Source: Eledone cirrhosa
Taxonomy: Eukaryota
Length of the DNA stretch: 64,000 nucleotides
Direction of reading: 5' to 3'
Assembly (NCBI GenBank): GCA_964016885.1
Contig: OZ024740.1
Coordinates: 177,816,001-177,880,000 of the forward strand
Of the stretch, positions 57,991 through 64,000 are shown piece after piece. Within the stretch, counting starts at the first letter, position 1. Every line of letters starts with the position of its first letter. The position numbers and the translations under genes were made by a program. The notes under the pieces are model-generated. The model had not been told where the DNA came from. It made no database searches and saw only the letters and a list, made by a program, of their open reading frames with translations.

Positions 57991-58159
57991 TTGAACCATT
58001 AAAGTGGCAAAGTTTTCTTGGCCATATGCAATAGGGGTAAATAAGACATTCAGCTCAACACCACGCTCCCCCAAAAGAGGTAGTAAACCAAATTTAGGAG
58101 TTACTACAATTTCAGGGTCGCTCTCAGCAGTCATCTGTACTTGGAATTCCTGTGGATAT
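57991..58159 (-). CDS. CFAP47: CFAP47-like exon (169 bp)
   Basis: ttttag acceptor, gtaagt donor; YPQEFQVQMTAESDPEIVVTPKFGLLPLLGERGVELNVLFTPIAYGQENFATLMVQ; phases 2/0 fit the neighbouring exons. Confidence 0.85.
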
Positions 58160-58199
58160 CTAAAATTATAGAAAATGAAACAATCATATGATGACATCA

Positions 58200-58500
58200 T
58201 CCGAAGTATCGTTAATTAGGCCAGAGACCAGTTTCCTTTCACATTGGGAGCCTGCCTGCCTCAATCACGGGGATAGTAAGCACCTAGATGGGATAACTCC
58301 CTTTATACTTGAGAGAGGTAAATCTCTAATTTGGGATGACATATTCTCTGCCTCCAGCATTCTCACTTTGGCCGCAAACTTGGGCACTGCTACACCTAAT
58401 GTGAAGGAAAGGAAAATAGCCATATGCTGGGACTTGACTATTTCCTTTTTGTGTCAGTCACTAATGAGATCTCTGGTGTCCTTGGTAGAGTCTGCTGCTC
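58200..58500 (+). mobile_element. CRE-like LINE endonuclease fragment
   Basis: EPACL..GDSKHLDGITPF..GKSLIWD, similar to the 60.2-61.2 kb element. Confidence 0.5.
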
Positions 58501-59682
58501 CCTCCAATTTTTCATTATTTTCGCTATTTAATTTTTTCTTTCTTTTTTTTTATCGAAAACATTATAATATCTAATTGTAATTTGTTGAATAAATTTGACT
58601 TACTTTAGAAAAAAAAAAACTATAGCAAATCCATGAATTGTAACTAGAAGCTAGCACCACAGAGAGCAAATAGCTAGCTCCATCCACCAGAGCATTAAGG
58701 TAACAGAAGACTACCCCACTAAGCAACCCAACCACAGATTACCTGTGTTAGACACAGAACTCTGGATGGAAACTAGGAATGATAAAGCCCAAATCCTCTG
58801 TTCACATTATACAAAAGCCATGATTTCAATGCACCTGATCCACCAGAATGCAGCTATCTCAAATACTTCTAAAGTTTAATATCTTGATAGCGGACCTGGT
58901 AATGGTGATGAGAAATGTGTTCCACATGTGTGATCCAATAGAGTTAAAGAGTACAGAGTTATACAGTACTTTATTTACCACATTCAGTTCTCTGGTTATA
59001 ACAAAAGAAACAGGAACATGTTACACATCTAATTGGTTGTTCATCATAAAACAAGCACTCTTATATTTCTCTCCACAAAAAGTACCATAGTCAAACACTA
59101 TTTAGACCAAACATAAACTAGGCCATAACTGAAATCAGCTAATTTGGATAATATGCATTCATCAGCATTATAATTAATTAAATAATAAGTATTTATACAC
59201 AACACAGTATATATTAGAAACTCTAAGATGTATCTAATGTAGGTATAACTACAGTTTGTAAGCCCCACAGTGAAAAACAATTTGTTATTTTTTCTATGAA
59301 GAGAGCTATGCTGCCAGGTCTCTAGTTAGAGGATAACTTCCTCCTTTCTTCTCAATAGTCACAGAGGCTCTGAAAAAATTAAAAATCATAAGTACTGGTC
59401 TTTCCTTCTTGATTAAATGATAATAAAAACCCTGGGACTACATTTTCCAGTATACTTTCTATTTAATAAACAAAATACAATAGGGAATGATTTAAAGAAG
59501 ATTTGAAGTTAACACATAGAGGCCCTCCCAATGAACCCCCACCCTGTAGATTATAGCAGTTTGATGAGAAAAGAGAATCCCAAAACAGATGAAACAGAGA
59601 AAACAAACGAAACAGAGAAAACAGATGACACCTGAAATAAAAACAAAAATAAAAAAAATAGGAATCAACCAACACTACTTAC

Positions 59683-59844
59683 CTTTCGTTGCTGTGGAGA
59701 TAAAATCGAGCCACAGATTTCTCCTTCAATTTCAAAGCTTTGATGACTATAGTGTCATCAATGATTGGGTTTTCAGCAATAAAGGTGAGAGGGAAACGCC
59801 ACACACAGCCATTCTTTTTAGTGATTGCGAGATGGGCAACATTT
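59683..59844 (-). CDS. CFAP47: CFAP47-like exon (162 bp), absent from the ORF track
   Basis: taacag acceptor, gtaagt donor; NVAHLAITKKNGCVWRFPLTFIAENPIIDDTIVIKALKLKEKSVARFYLHSNE; phases 2/2. Confidence 0.85.
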
Positions 59845-60119
59845 CTGTTAAATATGCCGATGTTGGTTTGTTTTTTTTAATGAAAAAAAATGCAAAGGAA
59901 AATTTAGATTATAGATTAGTTTTTCTCTCCTATGTTTCTGAATTGTATAATGAATCAGAAATTACAACTCAACTAAACACCCTTTCTATCACAAGGAATA
60001 TAGAGCTTAATTCATGTCAACATAAATTGGTATTCCTGGGAATGACATGACTTTCTTGATTTTCACTTTTCTCTATTTCCTTCAAAATATTCGAAATGAA
60101 AAATGTGTGCACTGATGTT

Positions 60120-61210
60120 ATCTCTCTTTCACTCATTGCCTCCACCTATCTCACTCTCTCCATCTCTCACTATTATCTGCAAATAGGAGCCCATGTGCTG
60201 GCTGCCCTGCATTCCTAGCAGACAGAATAGAGAAGGCATTTACAAGGTGGGCGGTGAGGGAGATGTATTGGAAGAACCATTCCAGCTTGTGAGGCTCACA
60301 CCTGTGGGTAGCCAACTCCATGCTGATGGTGGTGAGTAGGTAGGTGGTCCTAAGACCAAGGACACCAGAAGCCTCCACTGTTACAGGCTCGACTGCAAAC
60401 CTGTTGGAGAGCGATTGTCATTTGGAGAGTTTACCCTCCATAGCCTGAAGTGCAGCAGAGCCTGGATAGGTCTCGGACTGCACCAGGTTGCCACTGGAGA
60501 AAGTGTCGCTGCATGTGGTATCCCAGAAAAGGGGTTTACCACTGCACAACAGGAAGATGGTTATGCCGTCTGGGCTTTTGCCATCCCTTTGGTCGAGTCC
60601 CGCCAGCTCTAGCTGGGAGTGGAAGCCTACAGCATTCAAGCAATGCTTTATGATCTCGTTGAGAGCAGCATGGCATGGAAGGTAGCCAGCACTGTAGTGA
60701 TAGGACAGTGGGTGGAGGCCAAAAGAGTCTACAGTGGACTCTCAGCGACATTTACATGGCTCACAGATCTGGAGGTCGAGCTTCAAGGAAACCCTTATTC
60801 ACAGGTTATTGTTATCCAGTTGGGTGTCACTTGAAAAAGAGGGTAAGGCATTCATTGAGCCAGGCACTGCTGTGGGGTTGTGAGGCGGTGCTGGTCAAGC
60901 TGGTGTGCTAGCCTGTCTGAGGCCATGCCACACTGGATGGCATTCCATATGCTCTGGGGGGATTTGACGTTTACAGGGCGGAGTCCAAGCTGGTTCCTAG
61001 TCTCACTGGTGGCCTCATGTTCCTTGATCACAGTGGGTTCTGTTGTGTTGTTGAAACCCTGTTGATGAAGACATGGTAAGCGGTTATTGGTGAAAGAAAT
61101 ACCAGCAAAACCAGCATGACTGGAGTCCAGAGACCAAGGTCACTGTTTCTAATGGGTAAGGTGACCTGTTGTCATCCAAAGTCGTCAAACCTGACGTTGC
61201 ATATCCCTTT
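60120..61210 (-). mobile_element. CRE-clade non-LTR retrotransposon 3' fragment
   Basis: SAWLN, HAALNEII, GL..RDGKSPDGIT...GKPLFWDTTCSDT, VEASGVLG; the 3' end is duplicated at about 54560-54660. Confidence 0.7.
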
Positions 61211-62198
61211 CTATTATCAACCACTTTACAAGGATTTGATGACAAGAAAGGTGTTCAGTTGAGCTATATGACAAACTAATCAGTCATCATCATCATCATC
61301 TTTCCCTACTAGCACGGGCTGGACAGCTCTACATAGACCCGTGATGCCACATACTCTAGCGATTAGGGTGTTAGGCTCATAATTGTAATGTCACAGGTTT
61401 CATTTAGAAACTGGGTAAACATGTTGTGTCCTTGATCAAGGTACTTCATTTCTACCATATAGGTGCCAGGCTCAAGAAAGTCTTCAAATTATAACAAATT
61501 AATTCACAATTAATGAGTGCAAGAACATGTATTAAAATAATTCATTAAGCTTTGGGGAAATTACACATGCAAATCATTTAAAGAGTTGTTGTTATTATAA
61601 CCATATAGCCCAAAGCATCCAACTATATCCCATCTGTTATTCATAATAATTCATCTAGTACTATACTGTACTGTATTGTACCATATAATATTATATTACA
61701 GTATACAAAGTGTTGACATGTTTATTTCAAACAGTGTGGTCTAAAATCTATAGAGATATTCTGTAGTATAGTATAGCAATGAAACAAAACATTGTTAATA
61801 CTTCACTAATTTATAATACATCTTCAGTTACATTATCCATTCAGTCTTTCTTCATTTAAGATTATAGAACAGGAGTTTCCAAATGGTGTGGTATGACTCT
61901 TCTCTGTGACACTGTTAATCTCTAGATGTGCTGTGAAATTCAGTGTCAGATAGGATGACTTGCAACATTTGTTCTAGTTCTGTGAATCAGAAGTTCATAT
62001 CAGGGTGTCGCCTACTTAGGTGGCAGACTTAATCTATCATGTCTTAGCATGACTAACTGCCCCTTGGATATCTTTTGCAAACATTTTAGCCTCCTTCACT
62101 CTTACCAGTCAGAAAAGTCATGGAAAGGGGCAGGGCACTGATTTTCCTTCCACCTGATTAAATGATAAAAAGAACCAAATAGGTTACAATGTACTCAC

Positions 62199-62367
62199 TT
62201 GATATTCTTCATCGGAGAAAAAAGTACTTCAAAAATTAAGACAACATGATCAGCATTGTCACTTTTTGTGAAAGTCTTCAGAAGTTTGATTGAGACTATT
62301 TTGGATAAAGTTACTTTAGCCTGATTTTCCAGGTATTCCAAATCAAATGCGATATCTGGAACAGCTC
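62199..62367 (-). CDS. CFAP47: CFAP47-like exon (169 bp); gene probably continues beyond the window
   Basis: ttttccag acceptor, gtgagt donor; AVPDIAFDLEYLENQAKVTLSKIVSIKLLKTFTKSDNADHVVLIFEVLFSPMKNI; phases 1/2. Confidence 0.8.
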
Positions 62368-62867
62368 CTGGAAAAGAGAGTTAATTAAATAATCATCATT
62401 GTAAACATTCAATCAATCCTGACAAAGTTCCTCCACAATTCACAATGTTCCATTGCTCCTGGCAACTACACCCAACTGATGTTTGTATCCTCAAACTTCA
62501 CAATTAAAAGACGGAAACCTGATATAGGTGAGACATAGACAATTACCAATATGTAAAGGTAAATGAAGAGTTTGTAAAATTGACAATAATCTCTCCCACA
62601 TACATACCTTCTTCCACATTCTGAACCAAAATATGTTTATGTTGAGCCTACAGCAAGATTTGAACTTAGAAGGTAAAGAATCACAACAAATATCACAAAA
62701 CATCTTGTCCAATGCTCTGGTACTTTATTTTGTTGACGTGGTAAGGATGAAAGTTATGGTGGAATTTGAATACAGAGAACAGACAGGCAGAAAAAATACT
62801 GCAAGGCATTTTAACCTGCACATTAATGATTCTGACAAGGAATTCAGTATATATATATATATATATA

Positions 62868-63500
62868 TTTCTTTATTGGCCACTAAGGCTAAAACATAAA
62901 GGACACTACAAAAAACAGTGTCAGTGGGGATTTACAAATGTTTAAACAAATAAACAGGTAATAGTTAACAATAAGATACACTCAACAGAAATCACCAATA
63001 AGATGGAGTACCACCAAAGAGGAATTTAGGAACCCAACAGATCTGAAAATACACTGATCTCTGAGAGCACTCTAGGAAGGTGTCCCTCTCCCATGTGAAC
63101 ACACCAGCTTACAGGCGCATGCTCAGTACACTCACCCACCTTTTAACAAATGTACTGGAGAGCAGCACTTCCCTCTCTTCCCAAATGGAACTTGAAAAAG
63201 GTGATGACAGCTTGGCTGAAGAGGTAAATGTCTGTCTTCAGTCCTTTCAGTTGTGTCCACCGTACATCCTCTTTTGCTACAGCCACCAGATAGAGGAGAA
63301 CTGCCTACCTTTCCTGGCCAAAAGAAGATAGTGGGGGGATCTTCATATAGTCAGCCAATAGCTGGATCTATCCTACACACAACAATAGCTCCACAAGTCA
63401 GCAACACTAGGACACTGGATGAGTGTTTGCAGAAGGGAATCATCACCCTGTGTACATCTCAAACTGCTTCATTTGACAGCACTTCCGTACCTGTAGAATC
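62868..63500 (-). mobile_element. Tx1/L1-like LINE 3' fragment
   Basis: Minus-strand end ..tggccAATAAAgaaat followed by (TA)n; degenerate zinc-knuckle-like LRC..LIQCP. Confidence 0.4.
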
Positions 63501-64000
63501 TGTCTCAATCCAGTAGTGCTCCCTGGTAGCACTGCCAGGTGAGAGATTTCGAGGTGGTGAGAGCAGCCCTCAGATCGCTGAAACTCACGGAGGAGATGAC
63601 GAAGGACCGTGACAAGTGGAGCGATGCTCTGCTGAATAGGACCCATCCCACCCTTGCAAGCAGGGAAAAGCAGACGTAAAATGATGATGATGATGATGTC
63701 CATAGTCCTCTGCTCAAAAGTTCTCTAGGACAGACTGGCTAGTTTGTTCTCATTGGCATCTAGAGTCTCTCCGAGAGCGTCATTGCTCATGCTCACCACT
63801 AGCCCACAATAGAACACAAGATTGGAATTTCCACTGACCCCATTGCTTGATTGGTTGTGAACACCTGAGAACATTGAAGATGCCAGGCACCTAGTCATAG
63901 TCTTCGCTTGACCCATGACTGTAGCTCAGTTAAAGAGACAAGTTGCAGAAAAATGCACCTCACAAAAGGAATCACCATTTAGGAATATCTGAAGATGTCA

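Overview
AT-rich, microsatellite-dense eukaryotic DNA, most consistent with an octopus/cephalopod genome (inferred from the SINE families and the (TA)n/(CA)n/(GA)n/(ACAT)n load). The only clear host gene is the last four coding exons of a CFAP47-like gene on the minus strand (55.4-62.4 kb). The rest is mostly transposon debris: a Chapaev3-type DNA transposon with TIRs and TSD, an R4/Dong-type LINE in (ACAT)n, CRE-, RTE- and Tx1-like LINE fragments, several Penelope-like elements (PLEs), two Helitrons, a mariner remnant, MITEs and many SINEs. The standout is a 5.9-kb array of about 19 near-identical 310-bp units (34904-40761). Each unit carries a type I hammerhead ribozyme and multiple hairpins, as expected of a retrozyme/viroid-like circular-RNA monomer. 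The array is a giant palindrome: 10 ribozymes on the minus strand and 9 on the plus strand, joined at a 6-bp microhomology. It sits in (TA)n between inverted copies of a PLE 3' end. Many other (TA)n tracts in the window hold PLE termini with intact or decayed hammerheads, and short fold-backs centred on them. All calls are by eye, without database searches or folding software.
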